This document shows positions 1 through 13,800 of a DNA stretch of 64,000 nucleotides, piece by piece. The notes under the pieces were generated by a model. The model saw only the letters and a list, made by a program, of their open reading frames with translations, searched no databases and was not told the origin of the DNA. The translations under genes and the position numbers were made by a program. Numbering within the stretch: the first letter of the stretch is position 1; each line of letters starts with the position of its first letter. The stretch lies in assembly GCF_009914755.1 (NCBI RefSeq), contig NC_060934.1, one strand, 5' to 3'. The DNA is from the human T2T-CHM13v2.0 reference genome, Homo sapiens.

Positions 1-374
1 CCTGAACACACACACCGCCCCCCACCCCAGTGGTGTGTTGCTAACTGCTTAATAAAATGCTCTCCAGGGGGAAATAGGAAAGCCTAGAATTGTGATGCTT
101 AAGTGGTGTAAATATCTCAGCATGACTAATTTTAAACTACCAACCTAACACCACTGAACACAGAGATGAGAAGAGATGTGCCATGCCCAGTGGCTACCCC
201 AAGCCAGTACAAGCCAGCTCCAGCACAGCCACATCCTTTCATAGGAATATGTGTACACAATCTACCTGCACCCTGAGTAGGACCCACAACTCTCACCCCA
301 AATATAAAAACAAAACCAAACGATGTACCTCCAGAACACAACCTCCTCATATATCCTGAACAGACACACACAAC

Positions 375-925
375 TGAGATAGGATAGGGTGGCCATAGCC
401 TCCATTAAAGGAGAACAACCTTGCTAAACAGATGAAGAGAACAAACCATCCGACAGTGCACAAGGAGGTCCTGCAGTAAGGAGGTGGAAAAGAAGAAGGG
501 GAAATCCCCAAATTCGCACAAGTGTGAAAACCCATGATTAGTGTCCCTGGGTTGACCAGTGCTCATTATAACAGTGAAAAACACACCCTTGGGTAGAGAT
601 TTAAGATGTTAATGATTCACCTGATATAGGCACTAGCATGTGCAGCATTTAGCGCATGCACGTCCAGAGAACAGTCCAGAGAGTGCTTAACAGTGACACC
701 CCTTCCCACCCCTTCATGAATAGTCATGTAAGGCTCCCATAAAGGAGGTTTCCCCAGTGTCAGTCAATGCTGTCTCACCTTTGAGCAGCCCACTCTGATC
801 GGCTGTCAGAGTGTACATTCACTTTGCAGTAACCTCTCTTGCTTACTTTTACGTTGGACTCACTCTCAAAGTAAGACTTCTTTTGTGCAGCAAAGTCAAG
901 AACCTGAACCAGCCCACCAGCAACA
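375..925 (+). mobile_element. ERV1 (MER4-group) solo LTR
   Basis: Starts TGAGATAGG and ends CCAGCAACA. Flanked by a 4-bp TSD CAAC (371-374, 926-929), typical of ERV1. Confidence 0.75.
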
Positions 926-1105
926 CAACTGCTACCTGTACCCTAAATACACAGATGGCCTGCACCAATTATTACTTAAATTTGCAGACAAAACTCTACC
1001 TGCCCCAAATGCTCACCTCACTGCTAAAACCATATATGTACATATATACGTGCCCAAATACAAACACGTACAATGAACACAGTACCCATATATACCCATA
1101 TATAG

Positions 1106-1571
1106 TGTGAACCCTGAAAGGGCTGATCATGAGTGGCTAACTGGGCCTAAACTCAAAATGGAGCCAAGCAGCCATTTGCTGACTGCAAGTCTCACACATT
1201 TACCCTGTTTCCTGCAAAAACCACGTACTTGTGTTACTTTGGGACTTTCACAGCTGTCTGTTCCTGTTTATGTCACCTGAATCAAGGGGTACCATTTCAT
1301 CATATGGACTTAAGAAATAGACTGTGACTTGCATCAGCCAATCAGAAATAAACAAGCTTGTATCCCTCATTTGCAGAGTGAACCAGATCGGGAATCTGAG
1401 AACGAATTTCTCTGTAAAAGATAATACCTCTCTTTGTTCTTTCAGAGTGTATCTTTGTTTTGCACTGAAGGCTGGGACTCCTTGATTTGCAAACAGCTCA
1501 GTGGAATCAAATTTCTATTTTTTTCTTTTGTTATTTTTTTAAGAAAATCCTTTTCAGTAGATTTGTTAACA
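1106..1571 (+). mobile_element. ERV1-type solo LTR
   Basis: TGTGAACCCTGAAA ... AGATTTGTTAACA termini, internal CCAAT and LTR-like U5. No clean TSD. Confidence 0.65.
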
Positions 1572-3307
1572 GTACATAATGAAAATCCTATAGGCATAGG
1601 CTCAAAAAAAAAAATCACAAGGTATACAACACTTGTGTCATGCATCACCCAGAAAAAGAATCACATACAATCCCACAGCTCTAAAATACAGGAATCCATG
1701 ATTCTTGAATCCAAACACAACCTACACAGCCTCTCTGTTTCCAAATACATGCACTGAACCTCCCACATCTCCCAGAATACAAAACACAGAAGCCACATAA
1801 ACTCAAATACACACAGAACCACAAACTATTTTTATCAAATACATATAAGTCCACCTCACGAACTCTGAGAACACACATACAAGTGGCAACACCAAATTCT
1901 GCGAGTATTACATTTCACAACAGACACAGAGGACCACTAAGTCTTAATATACCCAAAACCCCTCATATACACACTCACAAACTACCCATGAATACACACC
2001 TCACCCTCCCAGATAAAACCCATACAATACAAAAAAAAAAAAAACCCACAAAAACACCAATAATACTCTAATATACGCACACAACTTTCATATACCCATG
2101 GGCACATACAAACTCACACAAATATCCCCAATCCCTGAGTGTATAAATCCCCCGAAACACTATCCAATCAATATGCTACATCTCCAGAATACAACCTCCT
2201 CACCTCATCCCCTAAACATGCCCAAACACATGTACGAACATCCTAGCATTCTCCAAAGAAATACACTTTAAATACTAACAATCCCGTATTCTATAAACAG
2301 ACTTAGATAATTCATCTATCTGCTGATAAATATACACACAAACCAGTATACACACCCAAGATGCACAGAAATATCTCCAGCATATCATTTATAAATACCC
2401 ATAAAAACAGTTCCCAATCCCAAATTATCCCAATCTAGTATGAACCAGCTCCCACATTGCCAAGTACTAACCAATAACCATATCACATACCTCTAATACA
2501 TATAAATTCAACTCTCCCACTCTCCTGTATAAAAAGAGAACCTCATCTCTCTATCAGACACACACATACTAAATTCCCAGAATATATAACCCTAATAACC
2601 ACTTACTGAAAAACACAAGCACATAGCTCCACAAAACCTTCATCTAAACTGCCACGCCCTTGAACACACCCACAGACTCAATACTCATGTATTTGTCTAC
2701 ATGCCCTAAATATACCCGCGATTAACTAACACGCCACAAATATGCAAACATGCCACCTCATATCCCCAAATACACATACAGTTCCACAATACCTGCACAT
2801 ATGTAATCACACTTCCAAATGCTCACACAGAAATAACTCCTCCATCTTCCAAGACACAGAATCATATAAACTCCACCTCATAACTGCACACATTCATCCT
2901 ACCAGTCCCCCAGTAGACATGGATCTGCCCTCACACATTGAAATAGCCATACACACCCCCTGAAAATCATGAAAAGAAGCACGCATCACCATGCAACATG
3001 CCCCGAGTATACAAATGGTCTTCCTACATTTCCCAAATACGTAAACCAAACAGAGCGTACATCCACAAAATAGACACAAGCACTTTCTCTGTTATTGCCC
3101 ATGTGCACAAGATAATTCTTCCAAATCTGCCAAACATTAGACAAATACAAATCGCCAACATTCATCTGAGAAAACACATGGAAAATACATCTTCACAACC
3201 CAAATCACAAATATATAACCCCAATTCTTCTGGTATACATATCTTACATCTCATATTCTCCAAATATAAACTCTCACTCCTACACACTCTCACAAAAACA
3301 GTTATGA

Positions 3308-3625
<318 letters not shown>

Positions 3626-4339
3626 TAATCTGCAGTCTCCACACAGACACCACCAACCCACACATGTGAATACATATTAGATTCTCACCAATTAAATACA
3701 TATCAAATTCCAAACTAAGAATTCATATAAACATATTTTCACATACACAAAACCACCCGCACAAATCTCACACCCTCCAAAATCCAAAATAAATCTTCCT
3801 GACATTCTCAAGTACACACTAACCCAACCACCCAAGATAACACACGTGTGTGCAGTAAATTTTAGATACATGTGTAGCCTACAATTTACAAATAATATAC
3901 CACTACTTTTTATTTGTAAATCCCACATAAGTAAGCAATTCTCATGGAAGCTTTTCTTGACTTTGGCCACACTCTTGCATCCACAACCAACTTGTGCTAC
4001 CAAGTGAACAAACTATGACTAAAGGACTGTTCTTCCACTTTGCAGCTGCTCCTATCAGTGACAAATCAGCGTATTAGAACATGCATGCTGGTTGATCATT
4101 CTGATCAAGTCAACAAGCTTCACAACTTACTCAATGAGGTCGTCCGTGAGAACTTCACTGTTTTACGGGGACAGGAGCTACTTCTTTGCTGAACTGCATC
4201 ACGGTTTCAACTGCTGAGGTTTTCTTCAAGCTTTTGCATTGTTTGGAATGTGAAAGGCACGGCCGAGACACACTTTGAGGTTCCCACTGCATTGTTACAC
4301 CTCCCCCCTCACTTCAGGGCCAGGTGAGCAAGGGAAAGG

Positions 4340-4830
4340 AGCGCGGCCTGGGCATCCCGCAGGGCCCCCACTAGGAAAGCTATGAACGCTCCCGCCTTGA
4401 GCACAGCCACAGGCCTGCTCTGGTCACAATGTGGGGTCGCTCCGCAGACACTGGTGACCAGTGGGAGCATGACCAGGAGGTGATTACCTTCTGATCACCC
4501 TTGGCTTTATTTTTAGGTAACACCAAGAAGGACGCCATGAGAGCGAAGGCCATTGGGTAACCACCCTTTGCTCTCGCGCTGCGCGTCTCCCTGCCATCAA
4601 CCGCCACTGGGAGCGGTTGAGGGCGGCCGGCCTCGCGCTGGAACCTCGCCCGCCTCAAGGCTCCTGCGGCGGCGCACCGGGCAGGCCAGGACCCGCCCTA
4701 GGAGGGCCCCGCTGGAGATGTGGAAATGGAGGGACGCGGCACCTGGGCGCTTCCTGGGGCCAGACAACGCCCCCTCATTGGAACCTCCATGACCGTGCCT
4801 CTGAGAAACCAGCGCGTCTGCGACGATCAC
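4340..4830. promoter_or_regulatory. CpG-rich promoter-like segment
   Basis: High GC and many CpGs relative to the flanks. On the - strand, CCAATGAGGGGGCGT (CCAAT next to a GC-box-like motif) at ~4767-4781. Confidence 0.5.
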
Positions 4831-7467
4831 TCCTAATTTTCGGTAATACAAACCTGCAGTCCATGCACTTAGGTAACACCCTTGCTGAAAGGTTTACCTT
4901 TGGAGGGTTTATCCTAAAGCAAAGTATCCTCGAATTGCATGTCTTGCATTCCCTTTGGATGGCATTGATTTCATTCCTGCTCATGCCTTTCAAAAAACAG
5001 TATGCCCTGTTTTCCTACTCAGTCTGGAGGTTCCATTAAAGAGTATTTCTGGCAAAGATTTTTAGACCTGAAAACACACTCCAAAATATACTTTCTTCTG
5101 ACTCCATTCCCAGAGTTTTTCCTACCGCATTCAAATGATTTCTAGAAATGTTTTTGTTGTAGCCTTGATCAATTTCAGTCGATAAAGCAGCAGATAGTAA
5201 GGGAACAATTCCACGCTCCCCACCCCTGACTCTGCAACACAGTGCAGAATTCCAGTTGGCAATAAAAAACTAGTAGAGAAGGAACTCACTGACTTCAGTT
5301 TGTAATACCGTCAGAAGAAACTTTAATCGTCACATCCTTTCTGCTCATTTGCAGGATTCCTATCATCTGTCTCCACGTGATAACACTGAAGAGCCTTCAC
5401 GTTGATGCAGGCCCAGGGCCTCAAGTGCAGAGACTGAGAGCTCTGCAGGACACAGCATGGAGCCGCCATTCCTCTACTGGGTGGAAGAGCATGTGTCCTC
5501 TGAACAGGGGATCCAAGCCCTGAGATATTCTTTCTCAGCTGTCAGTGCGGCCCAGGACTTTCTGTGGGGATGCTCAGACAGCAGGGGCCGGAGGACTTTT
5601 AGCCAACACCTAAAATGGTCAGTCTTCACAAATTACCTTTGGCTAATTTGACTGTCTCTCCTCCTGGGGTCTAGGACTTCAAACATGTACAGAAGCGATT
5701 GCAGAATTAAGACAAGACACTTCCACAATATATTTTTTGTATCACTGGCTCAGAAAAAGACTCATTCAAATCCTGTATCAAAGCCACGTGTGAGAATCTT
5801 GAGAAAGCATCAGCTGACTGACTTGACAAGGGAGGAAGCAACCAAAAATTCTGCGCTTCTTCAGTATCTGAGTATGATATTTTGCTTCAACATCCCTCTT
5901 AGATGAAGTTATTGATTGAAAATCATTTAAGTTTGCCCCATGGTAAAAGATCAAGTCCTCAGAAAGATCTCCAAAGTGTTTACGGTTTGTTTTGTTTTGG
6001 TAAGTTTACCATGATTTTGCTTGAATTGCTCTCCGTTGATCTTCTCAGCTAAGATGGAGGTAGAGTTGCACAGTAGAAGAGGGCTGCATGTAAGAAGGCA
6101 GTTCTGTCTCAGAGGACAAAAGGCCTGGGAGCACCCAGACAGACAGTCACTGCATGGAGGTCACTCCCCTCCCAGTGGCCACTGTGGAGACATTTCACAG
6201 AAATGCTTGCTGGACCATTCAGGTTCAGAGTTGGGACAAAACCGAGAACTCATGGGGATATTGGACAGGAGTTAGGAAATGACCTTCTCACACAACTGGG
6301 GCAGTGGGGGAGAACCCTGGGCTTGAGACTTGCAATCCACCACTTGCCCCTGCCCCTGCCCCTGCAGTGTGGCCGCTGTTACCTTTTCCTGCAACTCTGC
6401 CTTCTTGAGTCCAAATGTCTTCGAAAGGGGCAAATGCTCGTAAGTGCCGACAGGGTGTGTTTCAGTGAATGTTTGCAGTGTGCACCGGTCTGGCTGAAGG
6501 CCTCTTCCCTTCCCCAACACCCTCCCATCGTGCAAAATTACCCTGCCCAGCAGGGAGTGACTTGTGTGTCTCAGAAGATTTTGTTGCTGTGCTCTGAGTT
6601 CTCACTCCTCATCTCCTTTGACCAGTTTCTTCTAATACTCCCCTTGTTCACAACACAGAACATGAGTGCTCTTTCCTATCATTTTGACACTAATAAACGG
6701 ACAGTGATTCTCAGTGTGGAAATGAGAATGAAGTTTTTTTTAAAGACAGGCTACAATAATTCCCATGCAGAGAACCACATGCGATGACACTGGATTCCAG
6801 ACAGCAAGAACGTATGGTGAAGATGAGGCCAACAGTGAGCTGAGAGAGGCCAGCCAGGGTGTGTTTCAGTGAAGATGAGAAACAATCAGATAACACCTGT
6901 TTCCTCCAGGAAAGAAAATGTGGCCAGGGAAAAGAGATGGGAGGAAGGCTGGTCATTGCCTATTCCACTGTGCACAGTTTGAATTTGGAGCCATGAAAAG
7001 TATTGCTTGGTTAAATTAAAATCATTCAAAAGATAAAACATAAACATTTAACACCAGCACAATATGCTGGGAAACAAAATGAAAGGATTTCTGGTCTCGG
7101 TGCTGTAGGTCACATAGCCACTCTTTCCTGGTTTGAGGCTTTCCAGCAAAGGGGCTGGGACGTAAGGCTGGCCTGCTGGTGTGGACAGAGATTCCAGCAA
7201 CATGCATGACCTGGGGGTACAAGGATTGCTTCCTAAACAATGATAAGCACACAGCCACCTAATAGTCTGGATCGGCTGAGACCATCCTGATTTCAAACAC
7301 CCAGTCCCCTTGCCTTCCTAAGAACCCCTGTGTTTCTCAGACTGAAAATGTGTTTTGAACTTTGTTCACGAAGTGAGGCCGCTGTTGAAATTCGTCAAGA
7401 CTGGGAAAGAGCCAAAGTGGGAAGGAGCATGGGTTGATTGGCACAAAAGTAGGTCTGCTGATAAAGA

Positions 7468-7812
7468 ATGGAAGTAAAGGGGCCATCAGGTAGAAGCTTT
7501 TGCTGTGAGTCAGAAGGACAATTTAAAAGTTGCCTAAAGAGGCACACGCCATCTCTGCTGCTGCCTTCCAGTTGGAAGGGAAACTCAGGTTCTTGCCTAA
7601 TGGCCGAAGCCCTTCACAGAATGTCCCCCACCCCTAACAGCTGCCCACTGCCCCTCCCCCTCTGCAGAATGTCTGGGGTCCTATGTTCCAGGAACCTGTT
7701 TACTTTCAAATTTTCCTGTTTCAGTTGGACTCAGGAGCATCTGGTGAGCCAGGTCACTCTCTGGGTCTTACCCTTGGCTTTTCTCATTGTGGAAACTGCC
7801 AGACAGCGGTAG
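7468..7812 (+). other. Overlapping uORF (114 aa): NUTM2A/B-type N-terminus MEVKGPSGRS... frameshifted after ...FTFKFS
   Basis: The first 83 aa match the remembered NUTM2A N-terminus. The continuation LFQLDSG is in another frame (1-nt loss at ~7716). ATG context AGAATGG is strong; stop TAG at 7810-7812. Confidence 0.85.
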
Positions 7813-7848
7813 TCAGTGCCCAGCCTGAGGGGATGGCTTCAAATGGAG
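7683..7848 (+). CDS. NUTM2D: NUTM2D coding exon 1
   Basis: MFQEPV...GMASNG; donor GAG|GTAAGC. Confidence 0.85.
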
Positions 7849-10800
7849 GTAAGCCTGTAGGGATGGGGGCATTATCTGAGTCTGCCATGCCTCAACTCCT
7901 TAGGAATTCAAATTTGACACTGCCCCGGGGACAGTTGATAGGGCTGATGTTGAGGAGGGAGGGAAGACTGGATGTCCCCAAGGACATCACACCTGGGGAT
8001 GGCCATGGCACCCTGAGTCTGTGTTTAGGGAGGACGGCCCCTTAGAGGTGGAACAAGATGCCTGGGGGAATACACCGTGTAGGAGAAAGGACAGAGTGGA
8101 TGGATTGATCCTTTCTAGAAGGAGACAGGTCACGTCATTGTGTGTTTGTAGGGAGTGGTGGGATCATGTTGTGCTGGTGGCCCCGGGAGGATGATAGGCA
8201 AGCCTGAACCCTGTGCCATATCTTCAGGCACCTGGAAGGTGCCCTTCCATAGTGTTCAGAGAGATTTGGACTGGAGTTTTCTAGATCTTAGGGAGGAGTG
8301 GGGAGAAGTGGTCTCAGCCAGAAAACTGTTGGGTGGGTTGGCTGTGACAGAGCATGTAGTGACAGCCCCTGGGTGGGCGAGGCTGGGGGCTGCTGTAACT
8401 GCCACAGCCCAGAGCCCCTCAGCTCTCTCCCTAGAGATGGCTTCTCCATCAGTTCAGGTAGCTGTTGGCTTTGATTTAACAGGGGTGGGGGCAGATGAGG
8501 AAGTTCAGGCAACACAGGGCCTGGGTTTCCTGAGTTGTTCTGAATTGTTTGCCCTTTTGTGGAAGCTCAGGTCTTCAGACCCACTTCCTCTTGTCTGCTA
8601 GCTCATGGCCTGTCCTCTGCACTTTGTGTTACTGTGGAGATGAAGAATTTGCTCCTATTCCATTTATACTACCTCATGAACGGGGGGCAGGTGTGGATTC
8701 TTGCTGGTTCTCAGTGGAAGGGTCTGGAAAGGCTGGTTTCCTTTTCAGTAGAGGAAGGAGAGTAGCGCACGAATAGGAAGATGGTTCTCTTATTATTATT
8801 ATTCAAGTTAGGATACGTGTCCTGAATGATGAGGTGCATGTGCTGTATCCCTTATTCCCCTTGACTAGAGACTGCATGAGGTCCTATTGAACAGGGATGA
8901 GTTCCAGACAACTTTGCCTCACCCGGCCCATGGCCCAAGAACCCCTGGTTTTTGGTTGGTCACTATGTTCAGTCATTGGGAGCTCAAAGGAGAAGGGCCA
9001 GGGATGGGCTCCTTGTCCCACTACCTATTGTAACATGACCAGCAGCTGTGAAAATCCCTAGACACCTCCCCTGTTAGCTCTGCTGCTCGCCATTTGCTGG
9101 CTGTGTTCTAATCGTGTGTGGCTTTTGCTGGCTATGCAGTGACACTGTCTCAGGGGACTCCACCACTGCCTCTCAGACCTGCTCCCTGGGAACAGAGCTT
9201 CCTGAGTGGCAGCCGGGACCATCGAGTACTGCGGAAAGGGTGGCCCGAATCTGACCCCTATTTAGCACTTGCTGTGGGTGGTGCCAGGACAATCACTTGC
9301 ATGCTGGGCATGACAGTTATGGATTATCTTCAGGGTTCCTAGGGCGCTGGCTTGGGAAAGATTTCCATCCAGTGGTTTTGTTTTGTTATGTCTGAGCTGG
9401 GAAAGAAAGGGGTTTACAAGAGCGTCAGGAAAAGGAAGATTGAAGAGGAGATGGGGCCATAATATTCGGAAGCTTCTGGCTTCCTGTCGGCCTTCTGAGT
9501 GCCGAGCACTGCCCTGGGGTAGGCCCCTCACCTGTTGCTGAGCACGCTGAGGACCACCAAGCCGCTGAGAGACTCATCCCTGACCCATGGCTTGGGAGAT
9601 GCCTGTGAGGCTGACAGGGTCTGCCAGGGACACCCGAGGGAGACCCTCGGGCAGCGAAGGCTTGGCTGTTACTTCTTGGGAGACAGGGGTCAGGGAGTCT
9701 TGGTGACCGGGGCCAGGCTCTCTAGTGGAGCGACTCTCCGTGGAGGAACAGAGCATCCGATGCACACTCAGGGACATTTGCAAGCTGCAGTTTCCCTGTC
9801 ATACGCCCTTAGCTGTTGGGACTCCCCTCTGATTCCCCAGTGACTAGTGTGGACCTGGAGACCCCAGCTCATTCACCTCTTTCCTTTGTCTCCACAGCAT
9901 ACCCAGCGCTGGGACCGGGCGTGACCGCGAACCCTGGCACCTCCCTGTCTGTGTTCACGGCTCTGCCCTTCACCACACCCGCTCCCGGCCCAGCACACGG
10001 GCCGCTCCTTGTGACTGCAGGGGCTCCTCCAGGCGGCCCTCTGGTGCTGTCTACCCTCCCCAGCACACCTCTGGTGACAGAACAGGATGGCTGCGGCCCG
10101 AGTGGGGCCGGGGCTTCCAACGTCTTTGTCCAGATGAGGACAGAGGTGGGGCCTGTGAAGGCCGCTCAGGCGCAGACCTTGGTCCTAACTCAGGCCCCCC
10201 TCGTCTGGCAGGCTCCAGGCGCCCTCTGCGGAGGTGTTGTGTGTCCACCTCCCCTACTCCTGGCAGCTGCTCCTGTGGTGCCTGTTATGGCTGCCCAGGT
10301 GGTTGGGGGCACCCAGGCCTGTGAGGGAGGCTGGTCCCAGGGCCTTCCTCTTCCACCACCACCACCACCGGCTGCCCAGCTGCCCCCCATTGTGTCCCAA
10401 GGGAATGCTGGGCCATGGCCACAAGGGGCTCACGGAGAGGGCAGCCTGGCTTCCTCCCAGGCCAAGGCCCCGCCAGATGACTCCTGTAACCCCAGGAGTG
10501 TCTATGAGAACTTCCGACTCTGGCAGCACTACAAGCCCCTGGCCCGGAGGCACCTTCCCCAGAGTCCTGACACCGAAGCGCTTTCGTGCTTCCTCATGTG
10601 AGTGTCCTGGGGGCATTGGAGCTGGTCCTGCAGCTCACACGTAAAGAGGCTGCTGGATGGACGGGAGGTCACGCTGTTCAGGGGAGCTTGCAGGGCGGTT
10701 GTGAGGGTGATGGGCTGCACTATGGGAAGGTATATTTTTGACCATATTAATCTGGCTGCGGCTCAGGACAGACTGTCAGGGGCCTCATCTCAACTGCCCG

Positions 10801-13800
10801 TCACTGTCCCGTGAGTCCAGCCAATCCTTACTTTCAATAATTTTCACAACAATGTTTACAGAAGACCCAGGTCAGAGAGGGTTCCTGGTGTGACGTGAGC
10901 TACGGTTTGGGTTTAGGTCTTTGAGTACACGCCCCAGTGCCTCCCCTTTAACCCAGTATTGATGGCCAGGAGCACCTCACATGGGGCCGGGGGGAGGAGC
11001 TGCAGGACCCAGCAGGAACCTGACACATGCCCGCAGTTCCGCTGAGGTCCAGTTAGCACAGCGGTGGTGGAGCCTGCACAGGGGGATGGTCTTGGGCCCT
11101 GCACTGGGGCCGATGCCGAGCAGGTATTTGCATCTTCACCCTCAATCCCTCCTAGAAAAAGGGACAATGATGCTTCATTCAGAGGATGGTGAAGAGATAA
11201 CTTGAGCTCACATATGACATGCATAGCACAGTGCCTGGCACATGCTATGACACATTACATGACAGCAGTTATGATTACTGTCCCCATTACTATCATTATC
11301 AAGACTAGGCCATCTAGGAGAGCACTCCCCAAAGCCACGGGCTCCAGTGATAGCTCTGAGTGCACCATGAGTCCAGCAGCCCAGGGCCATGGACTGTGGT
11401 GACTGTGAGGCAGCAACGTCAGCATCTGGGAGAGTTTGTGGTTTCATTCCCAGTCCCTGCCTCTCTCCACCCTGCGGTGCCTCTGTGACCCTGTGTTTCC
11501 CGCTGATGAGCAAACGGGAGCTTGAGCACATCCACCGTGCAACACACTGGCCGTTCCCCTAGGGAAGTCCCCTGCCTGGGGTGTAGGTGGAAGGTGGCCC
11601 CATTTTCATCCCCCAAAATCTCGCTGTTCCCGCACCCTGGAACTGGTTGCATTCCTCCTTGGAGCGGAGTCCCGGTGCACTGGGGACCCTGATTCTTGGG
11701 GTGGAGCTGCCCCAGGCTCACAGGCCTTTGCCATGGCTCCTGTGGGAATGTGGGATCTGGACCTGCTGCTTGCAGTGGCGTGGACACCGCTCTGCTTTGG
11801 TTCTGGACGTGTGCTCCTGCTCCTCATGCTCCAGGGCCCTGAGGCTACGTCCCCAGGGGCTGCCTTGCTCCAGAGTCCCCAGGAAGCCGGTTAAATGCTC
11901 AGTCTTGGGGCCCTGGAACCTGCACTTTAACCCTCACCCCCAGGTCATTCTGTGTGCACGCTGTCTCAGTCAGCTCAGGCTCTGCCGTAACGAATGCCGT
12001 AGACTGGGTGCTTTATCAAGACACATTCATGTCTCCCAGTTCCAGAGGCCAGAAGTCCCAGATCAAGGTGACAGCAGATTGGGTGTCTGGTCAGGGCCCT
12101 CCTCCTGGCTGGAGAGAGCTGTCTCTGGCTATGTCTCCTCGTGGCTGAGAGCAAGAGCCCTGGCGTCTCCTTCTGCCCTTATCAGGGCTTGGATTCCATG
12201 ACTGGGACCCACGCTCATGACCTGCTTTAACCCTGATTGCCTCCAAATACTGACACACTGGTGCTGAGGACTTCAGCACAGGAATGTTGGAGACACACAT
12301 GTTCCACCCATAGTACTGAGTCCACTTCTCAACACTGAGGACTCGAGGGGCAGTCGGAGAGGCCACTTGGTAGCTTGTGTTGATGTTTGATCTTGGGGGT
12401 GTGTCCTGGGGCCTGAGGAGCCCACATGGGGGAGAACAGGACAGGGACAGATGGCAGGACAGGTGTGGGGAGGACAGGGGCCAGGTGTTGGGACCAGGTG
12501 GGCTTGGGATGAAGGGTGGGCTTATAGACTGAGACTGACTGCACTGGTTTACAGCCCAGTTCTCCGATCCCTGGCCCGGCGGAAGCCCACCATGACCCTG
12601 GAGGAGGGACTGTGGCGGGCCATGCGGGAATGGCAGCACACGAGCAACTTTGACCGGATGATCTTCTACGAGATGGCGGAAAAGTGAGTCTGGGGTCCTG
12701 GGAGCGGGGCCCGCGTGGCAGGGTGAGAGTGAATGACAGAGGCCCGGTGGCCATGGTGGCTTCTCAACGTGGAGTATGAGGAGGGTGTGGAGAAACCCAG
12801 GACACTCTGGGCCCCTGGCTCCCTCAGGAAGCTGCTCCTGCCACCTAGAGTGTTCTGGGGTCTCTGTCCTGGCCTATTGGGAAGCACCCCCTGCCTGGCC
12901 TGGGGCCATCCCTGCCTTGACACTGGAGGTCATGGCAGGAGCAGCCAGCATCACAGACCAAAGTGGGTCACCTCCAGCTGTGGGGATGGGGAGAAGGGGC
13001 GCTAGTGACTATGGACAAGAGTAGGGTGCAGGCTCCTCACAGCAGTGGCCAGAAGTCGGTTTTCTCCCATCCCAGCCTGGCCAGGGAGTTGGGTTGGGGA
13101 GACCTGCACCTGGGACACCATGGGACCCATCTCTGGCCTGACTGCCTTTGCTCCTGGGCAGTCCCCTCCATGAAGGCAGACAGATAGACAGCAGCCTCAG
13201 GGGAAAGGGGCCCTGTCCTCTGAGCTCAGCTTTTGCTTCCTCCTGACCAGGGGTCTCCCAGGCCTCGTGCCCCTGGGTTATCTTTCAGGGGCCCACAGTC
13301 CTAGCCTCAGGACTCCTGCATCTGGGCATCATCCCTGATGCCTTCTGCCATAAATCCCACCCCTGGCCAGCTGAAACCTGGAGGAGGGGTCCCCCGAGAC
13401 CCTCCTGGACCTCGTGGCCCTGAGTTGAGTCAGGAAGCCCCGTTGATGCCATGGGCTCTGCAGGGGCCGGGTGAGGGAGGGTGAGCCCAGAACTCTGGGA
13501 GCAGCTTTCTCCTGGGACTGGGGGATGGGACACAGTGAGGGCCTGGACAGCCCACCCGAGGCACTCCCTCCCATCCCTGCCCTCGGCCGCTGCCTGGTCC
13601 TGGGGGGAGGGGGCCTGGACCCTCTCAGCACAGCCTGGGCCTCCTTCACCGCCAGGTTCCTGGAGTTTGAGGCTGAGGAGGAGATGCAGATTCAGAAATC
13701 GCAATGGATGAAGGGGCCCCAGTGCCTGCCTCCTCCAGCCACACCGAGGCTTGAACCTCGAGGACCCCCGGCCCCTGAGGTGGTCAAGCAGCCAGGTATG

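Noticed and set aside
4092-4108. Hairpin TTGATCA-TTC-TGATCAA
   Set aside because: A 7-bp stem is expected by chance in 64 kb.
6203-6787. 194-aa ORF upstream of NUTM2D
   Set aside because: No recognisable homology or splice support; non-ATG start.
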